Assembly (NCBI GenBank): GCA_016699465.1
Contig: CP064977.1
Location: 685,739 to 743,115, forward strand
Source of the DNA: Candidatus Campbellbacteria bacterium
GTDB taxonomy: Bacteria > Patescibacteriota > Minisyncoccia > Phycocordibacterales > EsbW-18
Reading direction: 5' to 3'
Length of the DNA: 57,377 bases
Shown: piece by piece, positions 42,395 to 52,424 of the stretch
Layout of the letters: the number at the start of each line of letters is the position of its first letter
Numbering within the stretch: position 1 is the stretch's first letter
Translations under genes and position numbers: made by a program
The notes under the pieces: model-generated
Database searches by the model: none
What the model was told of the DNA's origin: nothing
Seen by the model: only the letters and a program-made list of their open reading frames with translations

Positions 42395-44838
42395 TATTTT
42401 GTATGAATTCACCATTTATTTTATTGCTCGACGAAGTTACTCTTGCGGATGTATCGCGTGTAGGTGGTAAAAACGCGTCTTTGGGAGAAATGCTCAAAGA
42501 ATTGGGGAGCAAGGGAATCATGGTGCCGTCTGGTTTTGTAACGACAGCCGAAGCGTATCGATTTTTTATGAAGGAAACGGGCATGGATGCGTTTGTTGTT
42601 TCGGTTCTTAAAGGACTTGATACTCACAATATTAAAGATCTCGCGAAGCGCGGAGAAACTATTCGTAAGGCGATTGTAAAAGCACAGATGCCAAAAGAAT
42701 TACGGGCGGACATTGCAACTGCGTACGCAAATATGGAAAAGAAGTATGGAAAAGGAGTGAGTGTCGCCGTGCGCTCAAGTGCAACCGCTGAAGATCTTCC
42801 TGGTGCGTCGTTTGCTGGAGAGCACGAAACATACCTTGGTATTGTGGGTGTTGACCGTGTGGTGCTAGCAGTGCAGTCGGCAATGGCGTCACTCTTTACC
42901 GATCGTGCAATTTCATACCGCGTTGATAAAGGATTTGATCAATCAACAATTGCACTTTCTGTAGGTATTCAAAAAATGGTTCGTTCTGATGTTGGCGCAT
43001 CGGGCGTGATGTTCACCATTGATACGGAAACGGGTTTTAAGAATGCGGTGGTGATTAATGCTGCGTGGGGACTTGGAGAAATGGTTGTGCAAGGAAAGGT
43101 GACTCCTGATGAGTACGTGGTGTACAAGGAAGCGCGAGCAAGGGGAAAACTTCCCATCATCAACAAAACACTCGGTTCAAAACTTTCAAAGATGATATAT
43201 GGAAAAATGGGGAAGGGGGTAAAGCAAACAAAAGTTATTGCGACGAAAGAACGTGAGCGAGATACGTGGGTGCTTTCTGAAACAGAAATTCGCACGTTGG
43301 CGCAGTGGGGTATTGAAATTGAGAAACACTACACAGCACGCGCTGGAGCATGGACTCCAATGGATATTGAGTGGGCAAAAGATGGACGCGATGGAAAGTT
43401 ATATATTGTGCAGGCACGACCAGAAACGGTTCAAGCGCTTCGTGACAGGGCCGTTATTGTTGAGTACACACGCCACGGAAATGGTCCTGTCTTGTGTGAG
43501 GGGATGTCTGTTGGAAGTAAAATTGCAACAGGAAAAGCACGCGTTATCCTTTCACCGAAGCAAGCACACACATTTAAAAAAGGTGAAATACTTGTAACTG
43601 ATATGACGGATCCTGATTGGGAGCCGATTATGAAAATTGCATCAGCAATCGTGACCGATAAAGGAGGGCGAACATCGCATGCGGCAATTGTGTCTCGTGA
43701 GTTGGGTATTCCTGCAATCGTTGGTTCAGAAAACGCGACGCGAAAAATAAAAACAGGAATGGATATTACCGTTGATACCACAGGAACAAAAGGTGTTGTC
43801 TTTAAGGGCACATTGCAGTTTTCTACAGTGCAACACAACATCGCACATCTTCCTAAACCAAAGACGAGCGTTATGGTAAACGTTGCGTCTCCAGAACACG
43901 CATTTGAGGCATCGTTTTTACCAGTATCAGGTGTTGGTCTTGCGCGCGAGGAATTTATTATTGCGTCTGTTGGAGTGCATCCATCCGCACTGTTGGAGTA
44001 CAAAAAACTTTCGCCAGCGTTACGAAAACAAATTGATGTAAAAACACGGGGGTGGGATGATAAGGTTGCGTTTTATGTTGATCGACTCTCGTACGGTATT
44101 GCTACTATTGCTGCTGCGTTTTATCCACGTCCAGTGATTGTGCGATTTTCTGATTTCAAAACAAATGAGTACCGCACACTTCTTGGCGGTGAGGCGTATG
44201 AACCACAAGAAGAGAACCCAATGATTGGGTGGCGAGGCGCATCTCGGTATTCTGATGCTCGTTTTGCACCAGCGTTTGCGTTGGAGTGTAAGGCAATAAA
44301 ACGTGTGCGAGACGACATGGGATTTGATAACGTCATTCCCATGGTGCCGTTTTGTCGAACACTCAAAGAAGGTGAACAGACACTGATGATCATGGCACAC
44401 GAAGGACTTGCATCTGAATTTGCACAATTACAAGGACACCGACGTTCAGAAAAAGCAGTTCCTGTGTACATGATGTGTGAAATCCCATCGAATGTTATTT
44501 TGGCAGAAAAATTCTTGGATATGTTTGACGGTATGTCGATTGGGTCAAATGATTTGACGCAATTAACACTCGGACTTGATAGAGATGCAGGGGCGCTTTC
44601 GTACATTGGCAATGAAAATAACGACGCAGTAAAAGAGCTTATTTCAAAAGCTATTACCGCATGTAAGCGTCGCGGAAAATACATTGGTATTTGTGGGCAA
44701 GGTCCTTCGGATATTCCTGAATTTGCACGATTCCTTGTGCAAGAAGGAATCCAAAGTATGTCACTCAATCCCGATGTGGTTATTAAGACAATAGATGCAA
44801 TTTACAAGACAGAGCAGTCGCTCTCTAGAAAAGTCTAA
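42391..44838 (+). CDS. ppsA: Phosphoenolpyruvate synthase (pyruvate, water dikinase)
   Basis: VGGKNASLGEM, phospho-His region GGRTSHAAIVSRELGIPA, C-terminal PEP-utilising TIM barrel. ATGA overlap with the upstream stop; ATG 42403 is an alternative start. Confidence 0.9.
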   Translation: MIFCMNSPFILLLDEVTLADVSRVGGKNASLGEMLKELGSKGIMVPSGFVTTAEAYRFFMKETGMDAFVVSVLKGLDTHNIKDLAKRGETIRKAIVKAQMPKELRADIATAYANMEKKYGKGVSVAVRSSATAEDLPGASFAGEHETYLGIVGVDRVVLAVQSAMASLFTDRAISYRVDKGFDQSTIALSVGIQKMVRSDVGASGVMFTIDTETGFKNAVVINAAWGLGEMVVQGKVTPDEYVVYKEARARGKLPIINKTLGSKLSKMIYGKMGKGVKQTKVIATKERERDTWVLSETEIRTLAQWGIEIEKHYTARAGAWTPMDIEWAKDGRDGKLYIVQARPETVQALRDRAVIVEYTRHGNGPVLCEGMSVGSKIATGKARVILSPKQAHTFKKGEILVTDMTDPDWEPIMKIASAIVTDKGGRTSHAAIVSRELGIPAIVGSENATRKIKTGMDITVDTTGTKGVVFKGTLQFSTVQHNIAHLPKPKTSVMVNVASPEHAFEASFLPVSGVGLAREEFIIASVGVHPSALLEYKKLSPALRKQIDVKTRGWDDKVAFYVDRLSYGIATIAAAFYPRPVIVRFSDFKTNEYRTLLGGEAYEPQEENPMIGWRGASRYSDARFAPAFALECKAIKRVRDDMGFDNVIPMVPFCRTLKEGEQTLMIMAHEGLASEFAQLQGHRRSEKAVPVYMMCEIPSNVILAEKFLDMFDGMSIGSNDLTQLTLGLDRDAGALSYIGNENNDAVKELISKAITACKRRGKYIGICGQGPSDIPEFARFLVQEGIQSMSLNPDVVIKTIDAIYKTEQSLSRKV

Positions 44839-44840
44839 AT

Positions 44841-45863
44841 ATGAAAGCAGTATTTTTTGGATGCTCGGCTGAGCATGAAGCGTACCTTACACGACGAATG
44901 ACTGAGCGCGCGCTTGGTGTTGATGCGGTGTATCTTCCTGAGCACATTTCAACGGACACGTTACATCACGCGGATGATGCACAGATTGTTTCTGTGTTTA
45001 GTTCGTTTCCAATTACCGAAACAGAATTTCAGCAATTGCCACACATGAAGTATCTCACGACGCGTTCAACGGGATATGATCACATAGATCTTGTTGCGGC
45101 AGGACAGCATGGAGTGGTGGTTTCAAATGTTCCTTCGTATGGAGAAAATACTGTTGCCGAACACGCGTTTGGACTCCTTCTCTCGCTCTCAAAGAAAATT
45201 TATGAAGGGTACACCCAAATTCGTGAGAAGGGAGATTTTAATTTCAGTGCACTCCAAGGGTTTGATTTGAAAGGCAAGACGCTCGGCGTGATTGGTGTAG
45301 GTCGTATTGGATGCCACAGTATTGCTATTGCAAAAGGCTTTGGTATGAACGTGTTGGCGTATGATGTTGTTCCCAACCTCGAACGGGCAACACAACTCGG
45401 TTTTTCGTACGTGTCTCTCGACGAGCTCTTGGCGCAGAGTGATGTTATTACACTGCATGTTGCACACACACCAGAGACAAACCATCTAATAAATGAAGAA
45501 ACAATTGGAAAAATGAAACGCGGTGTTGTCCTCATTAATACGAGCCGCGGGGCTGTTGTGGATACAGAGGCGCTTATTAAGGGCCTAACGACAGGGCAAA
45601 TTGGGGGTGCCGGTCTTGATGTGCTTGAGGAAGAAGGGGTGATTCGCGATGAAATGCAATTTGTTCTTTCGGGAAAAGGTGAAGGGCACGATTTGCGAAC
45701 AGCTCTTGCAAATCACGTACTTATCGATATGCCAAACGTTATCGTGACTCCACACATTGCGTTCAACACACAAGAAGCGGTTGAACGTATTTTGGAAACA
45801 ACAATTGACAACATCGAGGCGTTTATGAAAGGAGCTCCACATAACGTTGTGACACAGGTATGA
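44841..45863 (+). CDS. D-isomer-specific 2-hydroxyacid dehydrogenase
   Basis: GKTLGVIGVGRIGCHSIAIAKGFGMNV, TLHVAHTPETNHLIN, PHIAF. Confidence 0.85.
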   Translation: MKAVFFGCSAEHEAYLTRRMTERALGVDAVYLPEHISTDTLHHADDAQIVSVFSSFPITETEFQQLPHMKYLTTRSTGYDHIDLVAAGQHGVVVSNVPSYGENTVAEHAFGLLLSLSKKIYEGYTQIREKGDFNFSALQGFDLKGKTLGVIGVGRIGCHSIAIAKGFGMNVLAYDVVPNLERATQLGFSYVSLDELLAQSDVITLHVAHTPETNHLINEETIGKMKRGVVLINTSRGAVVDTEALIKGLTTGQIGGAGLDVLEEEGVIRDEMQFVLSGKGEGHDLRTALANHVLIDMPNVIVTPHIAFNTQEAVERILETTIDNIEAFMKGAPHNVVTQV

Positions 45864-47008
45864 GTCGGATTTCAAACATACGCGCGGATGTCATGCAAGA
45901 TTCTCGCGGAGAGGACACTATTTCGTGCACAGTGACACTTGAGAGTGGTGTTGCAGTGAGTGCATCTGTACCGCAGGGAAAGAGTACTGGATCGCATGAG
46001 GCAATTTCAGTGTCAGCACACACTGCAGTTGCACATATACAGGCACTAACACCGCAACTCATTGGACGTGAGAGTGGTACTCAAAAAGATATTGACGCAC
46101 TGCTGTGTGAACGTGCGGGTGAACAAAAAAAAGAACTTGGAGGAAATACAACACTCGTCATTTCGATTGCGGTAGCGCGTGCACACGCACAAGAGATCGG
46201 TATTCCATTGTGGAGATATCTTCGTGAGCAGGCGCATATAGAAACATTTCCAAGTCCGTTTCCACGACCCTTTGTCAATATCATTAATGGCGGAGCACAC
46301 ACTGGAAATACAAGACTCTTTCAAGAATACATTGTTGTTCCTCAGGAAGATTCAATAGATGCGTGTCTTTCATTGGCAGAACAGATATTGGACACTATTG
46401 GAAAAAAAATTGACACACTGTACCCAGGAACACCGCGAGGAGATGAGGGTGGATATGCACTCCAGACACGTGATCCACTTGAACCCTTTTCGTTGATTCA
46501 TGCTGTAGGAGGGAATGTTGTGTTTGCACTTGATGCAGCGGCAACGGAAAGTGCGTATTCAGACGATGAACGAACGCGACTTTTTGGTGAGATACAGTCG
46601 GCATTTCCGTTGCGTTTTTTGGAAGATCCGTACGGTGAGGAGTCATTTACATTATTTGCACAGTTACAAAAAACATTTCCACAGGTGGTTATTGTTGGAG
46701 ATGATTTGACGACAACGAATAGCATCCGTATCAAAAGGGCACATGAGGAAAAAAGTATTACTGGTGTGATTATTAAACCAAATCAAATTGGTACGGTGAG
46801 TGAATCGCTAGAAGCGGTGCGAAATGCGCGTGGAAATGGTTGGACGGTTATTGCGTCACATCGTTCAGGGGAAACAGACGATGCCTTTATTGCTGATTTT
46901 GCGTATGGAGTAGGTGCAGATGGAATAAAAATTGGAGCACCTGTCCAGCATGAAAGAAAGGCAAAATATGATAGACTACGTGCCATTGGAAGAGAGATAA
47001 CAACATAA
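45860..47008 (+). CDS. eno: Enolase (short form, 382 aa)
   Basis: DSRGEDTISCTV, SVPQGKSTGSHEA, IKPNQIGTVSE, SHRSGETDDAFIADFA. Confidence 0.85.
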   Translation: MSRISNIRADVMQDSRGEDTISCTVTLESGVAVSASVPQGKSTGSHEAISVSAHTAVAHIQALTPQLIGRESGTQKDIDALLCERAGEQKKELGGNTTLVISIAVARAHAQEIGIPLWRYLREQAHIETFPSPFPRPFVNIINGGAHTGNTRLFQEYIVVPQEDSIDACLSLAEQILDTIGKKIDTLYPGTPRGDEGGYALQTRDPLEPFSLIHAVGGNVVFALDAAATESAYSDDERTRLFGEIQSAFPLRFLEDPYGEESFTLFAQLQKTFPQVVIVGDDLTTTNSIRIKRAHEEKSITGVIIKPNQIGTVSESLEAVRNARGNGWTVIASHRSGETDDAFIADFAYGVGADGIKIGAPVQHERKAKYDRLRAIGREITT

Positions 47009-47011
47009 CGT

Positions 47012-47488
47012 ATGCACACAAAAAATATTATCGTTGGAATTATTATTGTAGTAGCACTTATTGCACTCGTTCTGTGGGGTACAAAGGCCCAAGCTCCTGT
47101 TGTGCAGGAGGAGATGGCGTCAACAACACAGCAAGCGGGTACCACACGAACTATGACACCAGTACAAGGATTGACCGTTGAAGTTATACAGGAGGGAACA
47201 GGGCAAGAGGCAAAGGCGGGGGATATGGTTTCGGTACACTACACGGGTACACTTACCGATGGAACAAAATTTGATTCAAGCGTTGATCGGGGTACACCAT
47301 TTGAATTTCAACTTGGTGTTGGGCAAGTAATTGCAGGTTGGGATGCTGGCGTTGCCGGAATGAAGGTTGGAGAAAAAAGAAAATTAACGATTGCTCCAGA
47401 ATTGGGGTACGGAGCTCGGGGTGCAGGTGGCGTTATCCCTCCAAACGCAACACTTCTTTTTGACGTTGAGCTTCTTGGAATTAAATAA
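47012..47488 (+). CDS. FKBP-type peptidyl-prolyl isomerase, membrane-anchored
   Basis: N-terminal TM segment; [42 protein letters not shown]. Confidence 0.9.
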   Translation: MHTKNIIVGIIIVVALIALVLWGTKAQAPVVQEEMASTTQQAGTTRTMTPVQGLTVEVIQEGTGQEAKAGDMVSVHYTGTLTDGTKFDSSVDRGTPFEFQLGVGQVIAGWDAGVAGMKVGEKRKLTIAPELGYGARGAGGVIPPNATLLFDVELLGIK

Positions 47489-47512
47489 CATTACGTAGAA
47501 AGTGAATTCGAC

Positions 47513-47543
47513 AAAACCGCGCGGATACACTCCGTGCGGTTTT
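47513..47543 (+). terminator. Intrinsic terminator
   Basis: AAAACCGCGCGGA-TACAC-TCCGTGCGGTTTT. Confidence 0.8.
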
Positions 47544-47649
47544 GATATGTACCGTCTTTGTCAGATACCATATACCACATACCATGTTCTGCATACCATT
47601 TTCCAGCTCTCTTGATTATTTCTGCCCTTTTTGGTACAGTACACCAGCT

Positions 47650-47934
47650 ATGAAAGCAGATATACACCCAACATATTTTCCAAAGGCGGCTGTTAAGTGC
47701 GCTTGCGGAAACACATTCACTATTGGTTCAACAAAGGAAAAAATAGATGTTGAAGTGTGTTCGGCATGCCATCCTTTTTACGTAGGTGATGAGAGTAAGA
47801 AGATTCTCGCAGGACGTATGGAGAAATTCAAAACTCGTCAATCTACAACTGCTGCAAAACGTGAGGAGGCAAAGAAGCATGCAAGTGCAAAAAAGGCACA
47901 AACAACAGCTTCTGACGTTGCAACAGAAAACTAA
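47650..47934 (+). CDS. rpmE: Ribosomal protein bL31 with Lys/Ala-rich tail
   Basis: ORF 47542..47934, start trimmed to ATG 47650. MKADIHPTY...CACGNTF...CSACHPFY. Confidence 0.9.
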   Translation: MKADIHPTYFPKAAVKCACGNTFTIGSTKEKIDVEVCSACHPFYVGDESKKILAGRMEKFKTRQSTTAAKREEAKKHASAKKAQTTASDVATEN

Positions 47935-47953
47935 CCTTGCAGATATTTTCACG

Positions 47954-47986
47954 ACAGTTGTGTCCTTTTAGGGTACAGCTGTTTTG
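47954..47986 (+). terminator. Intrinsic terminator
   Basis: ACAGTTGTGTCC-TTTTA-GGGTACAGCTGT (includes G-U pairs) followed by TTTTG. Confidence 0.6.
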
Positions 47987-48091
47987 ATATACTGAATGAT
48001 ACCGGTGAAGCATAAAACTCAAAGCACAAAATCCAAAAAATAGTAAGTCTAAATTTTTTTTGAACTTTGATATTTGAACTTGGTTATACAT

Positions 48092-49057
48092 ATGGATCTC
48101 GACAAACTAAAACAAAATCATAAAACCGCCTTTTTGGCATATGAGTTAGAGCGTCTCGCAAAAGAACGAAAAGATGTACTCATGACCATTGAGGTTGACC
48201 CATCCTTGGCAGATTTGGCGAAGGATGATTTGGCGCAGATTGACGCATCAGAACAAGGTATTCTTGAACAAATTGCAGGAATGGAAAAAGAAGAAAAGGG
48301 AACTGAAGAATCGCCAAATGAAATTATTCTCGAAGTGCGTGCTGGTGCAGGTGGTGAAGAAGCAGCTCTTTTTGCTGAACTGCTTGCGCTCATGTATCAA
48401 CACTATGCAGAGCGAAAAGGGTGGCACGTTTCTATACTAGATGAATCACGTGCGACGATGGGTGGCTACAAAGATGCGTCATTCGAATTCTCTGGAAAAG
48501 GGGTGTTCAATGAACTTCGCTTTGAAACGGGAGTGCATCGTATTCAACGTATTCCCGCAACAGAAAAATCAGGACGCATTCACACATCAACCGCGTCGGT
48601 GGCGATTTTGCCGATTCGTAAAAAACACACACTTGAAATAAATCCAGCAGATATTGAAATGGAATTTTCACGTGCAGGTGGCGCCGGTGGACAAAACGTA
48701 AACAAAGTTGAGACCGCTGTTCGTATTGTGCACAAGCCAACAGGTCTTGCGGTGCGTTCTCAAGCGGAACGCAGTCAACAGAGAAATCGAGATAAGGCAA
48801 TGGAAATGCTTTTGGCAAAACTTGAGGCGCTCGAATCAGAAAAGGCCATGAAAGATTTATCAGCTGAGACGAAGGCACAAATCGGTACGGGGGATCGTTC
48901 AGAGAAAATCCGCACGTACAATTTTCCGCAGGATCGTGTTACGGATCATCGCATCAAGGAAAGCTGGTCAAATATCCCTGGGATCCTCGCTGGCGACATT
49001 TCGCGTATTATTGAGGCTCTCGCAGCAGCCTCGGATAACCCTCAGAAAGAGGCTTGA
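48092..49057 (+). CDS. prfA: Peptide chain release factor 1
   Basis: ORF 48074..49057, start trimmed to ATG 48092. [14 protein letters not shown] (PxT-type tripeptide), the GGQ motif ([10 protein letters not shown]), and [10 protein letters not shown]. Confidence 0.9.
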   Translation: MDLDKLKQNHKTAFLAYELERLAKERKDVLMTIEVDPSLADLAKDDLAQIDASEQGILEQIAGMEKEEKGTEESPNEIILEVRAGAGGEEAALFAELLALMYQHYAERKGWHVSILDESRATMGGYKDASFEFSGKGVFNELRFETGVHRIQRIPATEKSGRIHTSTASVAILPIRKKHTLEINPADIEMEFSRAGGAGGQNVNKVETAVRIVHKPTGLAVRSQAERSQQRNRDKAMEMLLAKLEALESEKAMKDLSAETKAQIGTGDRSEKIRTYNFPQDRVTDHRIKESWSNIPGILAGDISRIIEALAAASDNPQKEA

Positions 49058-49123
49058 TTATAGTGTCCATCTCTGGTATTCTTTGACATGTTGCCCTACG
49101 GGGCTCTTTTCATCAACACAATT

Positions 49124-49915
49124 ATGACCACAGGAACTGACATCCAAACAGTCGTTAAAGACCTTTTTGCAGCAGGGGCTCATTATGGGTACCCAAAGTC
49201 ACGCCGACACCCAACAACAAAAAAGTACATTTTTGGCGTTAAAAATAACGTTGAAATTTTTGATTTAGAAAAAACAGCAGAAGCGCTCAACGAAGTATGT
49301 GATTTTGTTGAAAATCTTGCGGCAACAGGAAAGAAAGTTCTTTTTGTTGGTGGTAAGCGTGAAGCACAGTCAGCAATTCGTAGTGTGGCATCTGCCGCTG
49401 ACGCGCCATTTGTCGCAGGACGATGGGTTGGAGGAACACTTTCTAATTTTGATATCATTCGAAAACGAGTTGAAAAGCTTTTGACACTTTCCGACGAACG
49501 AGAAAAAGGAACACTCACCAAGTACACAAAGAAGGAGCGATTGATGATTGATCGACAAATTAAGCGCCTCGATGAAATGTTTGGTGGTATTCGAACACTC
49601 ACACAACTTCCAGGAGCTGTTGTGGTTGTTGACCCACGATTTGAAAAGATTGCTCGTGCAGAAGCGCTCATGCTCAAAATTCCTCTTATTGCGCTCGCAA
49701 ACTCAGACTGTGACATTCGAGATATCAAATATGTTGTTCCATGTAACGACGCAAGTATTGCAACTATTACCCATGTTGTTGGTCGTATCGCAAAGGCATA
49801 CAGCACAGGTACACAACGTGCTCCAAAAAAAGTTGTTACTCCTGAACGAAAACCTTTCACTGCAGAAGATCGTCCGCTCCGACGCCCAGTACGCGTTGCT
49901 CCTGCTCGCAAGTAA
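49124..49915 (+). CDS. rpsB: Ribosomal protein uS2
   Basis: ORF 49088..49915, start trimmed to ATG 49124. LFAAGAHYGY, IFGVKNNVEIFDLEKT, VVDPRFEKIARAEA. Confidence 0.9.
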   Translation: MTTGTDIQTVVKDLFAAGAHYGYPKSRRHPTTKKYIFGVKNNVEIFDLEKTAEALNEVCDFVENLAATGKKVLFVGGKREAQSAIRSVASAADAPFVAGRWVGGTLSNFDIIRKRVEKLLTLSDEREKGTLTKYTKKERLMIDRQIKRLDEMFGGIRTLTQLPGAVVVVDPRFEKIARAEALMLKIPLIALANSDCDIRDIKYVVPCNDASIATITHVVGRIAKAYSTGTQRAPKKVVTPERKPFTAEDRPLRRPVRVAPARK

Positions 49916-49936
49916 TTCTTAATATTTTCTGAGTAT

Positions 49937-50833
49937 ATGTCAGACCGCATTGCGTCTAACCCTTGGTATGTGTACGGAGGTGCTTTTGGTGCACTCGTTT
50001 TTCTTGTATGCAGTGTACTTGTGTTTAAAGTGCCGTCAAAAGATTTTTTTGTGACTCGTGTAGGTGATATAAAAACATATACGGATACGAGATATGGATT
50101 TCGTTTTAGCTATCCTGCGTCGTTTGTACTTTTTCCGCCTGCGTCGTCTGAAAAAAGCTACACGGCCATAGAGAGGTGCTATACGAAATCCTCTAATGAA
50201 GAGTGTGAAGCGTTATTCGCAAAATTTTCTGAAAAAGATAACGATGTCTTTCAAGAAATAAATAAGGACGCAATACGAGAATATACGGAACAACAAAATG
50301 CCTTATTAGAAGATATCTCTGGTGCATCTGATTCAATATATATTCCCAGAAAAGATATTCGGGTTACACTCATAGGTCTTGATGAGTTTCGAACAAAGGA
50401 CGAGATACCTGTTTTGTGCCAAAAAGCACAACCTGTCAGCCCGGATCTTCTCCCTGACGAAATATGTCGACTTGAATCGGCATCACGTGAACTAATGGAG
50501 CAGGAAAAGGATGCCATTTTAAATGGGCCTATTGGGTCGATTGTTCCACGTTTATATTTCGATGTCATGCCTGGGGGAATAGTCGTGGAAAGTAAGAATA
50601 TTAGAGGAATACGTGGATTGTGGATTTCTACAAATACCGATTATTACAACAGCTCTTTCACCACGTATACTAAAGACGGAAGCCGCCTGAATATTACCTT
50701 AGAATTAGTAGGCCTTTCTGGTTCTGGAATCATCAGGTCCTCGTATACTCCAGAACAGCAACAGCAAGCAGAAAATGACCCACGAAACAAAGTGTTAGAT
50801 GAGATTATTTCAAGTTTTGAATTTTTAGAGTAA
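49937..50833 (+). CDS. Membrane-anchored hypothetical protein
   Basis: An N-terminal TM segment (WYVYGGAFGALVFLVCSVLVF), then a ~260-aa soluble part. No family recognised. Confidence 0.6.
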   Translation: MSDRIASNPWYVYGGAFGALVFLVCSVLVFKVPSKDFFVTRVGDIKTYTDTRYGFRFSYPASFVLFPPASSEKSYTAIERCYTKSSNEECEALFAKFSEKDNDVFQEINKDAIREYTEQQNALLEDISGASDSIYIPRKDIRVTLIGLDEFRTKDEIPVLCQKAQPVSPDLLPDEICRLESASRELMEQEKDAILNGPIGSIVPRLYFDVMPGGIVVESKNIRGIRGLWISTNTDYYNSSFTTYTKDGSRLNITLELVGLSGSGIIRSSYTPEQQQQAENDPRNKVLDEIISSFEFLE

Positions 50834-50844
50834 TATATATACAT

Positions 50845-51309
50845 ATGACAATCACCGTTGAAGACGTAAAACAATTACGCGACCGCACAGGTTTACCACT
50901 TAATCAATGTAAGGATGCGCTTGAAGGTGCAGGGGGAGATATTGAAAAAGCCCTTGAGTTACTCCGCGAAAAAGGAGCGATTATTGCAGCAAAAAAATCA
51001 GACCGCGCACTTGGTTCCGGTTCTATTCAGGCATACATTCACAATAATGGAAGTATCGGCGCACTTGCTGAGTTGCAGTGCGAAACAGATTTCGTAGCAC
51101 GAAATCCTGAATTTCAAGCACTTGCAAAAGATTTTGCAATGCAGATTGCTGCTACGGACGATACTATTTTAGAGGCAGGAGCTGAAGAGATTTTGAAGCA
51201 ACCGTTCTTTAAGAATCCAGATATGACACTGGGGGGTCTTATCGATGGTGCGGTTCAAAAATTCGGTGAACGAACGCAACTCGGTCGTTTCTGTAAGTAC
51301 ACGGTGTAG
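50845..51309 (+). CDS. tsf: Elongation factor Ts (minimal 154-aa form)
   Basis: UBA-like N-terminus VKQLRDRTGLPLNQCKDALEGAGGDIEKALELLREKG, and core CETDFVARNPEFQ. Confidence 0.85.
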   Translation: MTITVEDVKQLRDRTGLPLNQCKDALEGAGGDIEKALELLREKGAIIAAKKSDRALGSGSIQAYIHNNGSIGALAELQCETDFVARNPEFQALAKDFAMQIAATDDTILEAGAEEILKQPFFKNPDMTLGGLIDGAVQKFGERTQLGRFCKYTV

Positions 51310-51335
51310 CGTCTGATGTCGAGGACATCCTCACT

Positions 51336-51749
51336 ATGACAATACTCATACCTATATTTGCCAGCTCGCTCTTTCTTCTCGCACTCTTTTTTGCGTTTAA
51401 GGAATGGGAGATACGGCGTGATACCACAACGACACTTACGCGCTTTTTGCAGAAGCATTCTCCTGCTGCACGTGCATATTTTGTGCGTGGTGTTAGCCGC
51501 GTCATTGTTTTTCTTGTAGCTTTTCTCCGCAATGTTCGAGGTCTTGTGGTGTATGTGCTTCACCAGCTTCTGACGTGGGGACGTACGGCGGTGGTGGTGC
51601 TTGCAGCACACATGATTCGTGCTGCGCGCGGTGAAAAGCTTGTGGCACAAGGGAAGGTTTCGTCTGAATATTTTAAACACCTTCACGACCACAAGAAAAA
51701 AATACAAAAAATACAGGCTGGAAATTCTCAGGAAAATATTGTAGACTAG
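51336..51749 (+). CDS. Hypothetical membrane protein
   Basis: 137 aa, 2-3 hydrophobic helices, basic tail. No family recognised. Confidence 0.5.
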   Translation: MTILIPIFASSLFLLALFFAFKEWEIRRDTTTTLTRFLQKHSPAARAYFVRGVSRVIVFLVAFLRNVRGLVVYVLHQLLTWGRTAVVVLAAHMIRAARGEKLVAQGKVSSEYFKHLHDHKKKIQKIQAGNSQENIVD

Positions 51750-51776
51750 TGGTTCGTGCTTCCCGTTGGAGCATGT

Positions 51777-51852
51777 GCCGCCTTAGCTCAGTCGGTAGAG
51801 CAACACTTTTGTAAAGTGAAGGTCCCCAGTTCGAATCTGGGAGGCGGCTCCA
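51777..51852 (+). tRNA. tRNA-Thr (anticodon UGU), CCA encoded
   Basis: Hand-folded cloverleaf. Acceptor GCCGCCT/AGGCGGC, D arm GCTC..GAGC, anticodon loop TT-TGT-AA, T arm CCCAG-TTCGAAT-CTGGG, discriminator T plus CCA. 76 nt. Confidence 0.9.
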
Positions 51853-51870
51853 AAATATGACGGTTTGTGG

Positions 51871-51905
51871 AGAGTCGAGGTGCAAAAGCGCGTCGACTCT
51901 TTTGT
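51871..51905 (+). terminator. Hairpin terminator after the tRNA
   Basis: AGAGTCGA...TCGACTCT followed by TTTTG. Confidence 0.6.
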
Positions 51906-51909
51906 TAGT

Positions 51910-51948
51910 GAGGTACCAGCTCTCGTCTCCGAGGTGGCTCCAAAAAAT
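51910..51948 (+). repeat. Degenerate duplicate of the tRNA-Thr 3' end
   Basis: GGTACCAGCTCTCGTCTCCGAGGTGGCTCCAAAAAA vs the tRNA sequence GGTCCCCAGTTCGAATCTGGGAGGCGGCTCCAAAA. The last 15 nt differ at one position. Confidence 0.5.
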
Positions 51949-52003
51949 AGAATCTAGATATTAGAGACTAGAGATTGGAAAATATTTAGTCATTCAACAA
52001 AGA

Positions 52004-52031
52004 AGCCCGTTCGACTGGTGTCGAACGGGCT
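52004..52031 (-). terminator. Intrinsic terminator of orphan cassette 3
   Basis: AGCCCGTTCGA-6 nt-TCGAACGGGCT. On the minus strand it is followed by TTCTTTGTTG. Confidence 0.65.
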
Positions 52032-52055
52032 GTTGTGGCGCGCTTCTACTGAGGA

Positions 52056-52301
52056 CTAGAACCAGTAAAAGTCGTTTTTCCCAGCATTCTGGTAGTCGAG
52101 ACCGTCGGCACCGTGGTGGGTCGTACGGCCACTGATGGTGCCGGTAAAGTTCACATCAGCCATCTTCAGAAGTTCTTCTTGTGACGCAAGGGGATAGCTT
52201 GTTGCAAGACGCTCAACAGCTAGGCGCGCCTCCGATGCTTCTGAAGCGGAAAGATGGCCACCGCTTTCCAATTCGTTGATACGAGAAGTGGCTTCGCTCA
52301 T
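52056..52301 (-). CDS. Hypothetical 81-aa protein (orphan cassette 3)
   Basis: ATG preceded by GAGGAGG with an 8-nt spacer. G+C-richer than its flanks. MSEATSRINELESGGHLSASEASEARLAVERL...NDFYWF. No family recognised. Confidence 0.6.
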   Translation of the reverse strand: MSEATSRINELESGGHLSASEASEARLAVERLATSYPLASQEELLKMADVNFTGTISGRTTHHGADGLDYQNAGKNDFYWF

Positions 52302-52424
52302 GTTGTGTTCCTCCTCTGGTTTGGTCAGTTCTGTTTGTATACTATACCCACCATTTTAAGTACGCAAATCTTTGTTACGAAGATGTTTTATTTTAGGTCA
52401 AATCAAAGGTATAATCAGCACATC

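Noticed and set aside
52056-52301. The 81-aa orphan as a RiPP or lasso-peptide precursor (Gly...Asp spacing in GRTTHHGAD, aromatic C-terminus FYWF).
   Set aside because: The leader/core junction does not fit the conserved Thr(-2) rule. No cyclase, protease, B-protein or exporter genes are adjacent.
52254-52424. The long pheS N-terminus from ATG 52254 (296-aa version).
   Set aside because: The extension overlaps the divergent minus-strand gene and its SD, has no PheS-like sequence, and a TATAAT box sits 9 nt before ATG 52425.
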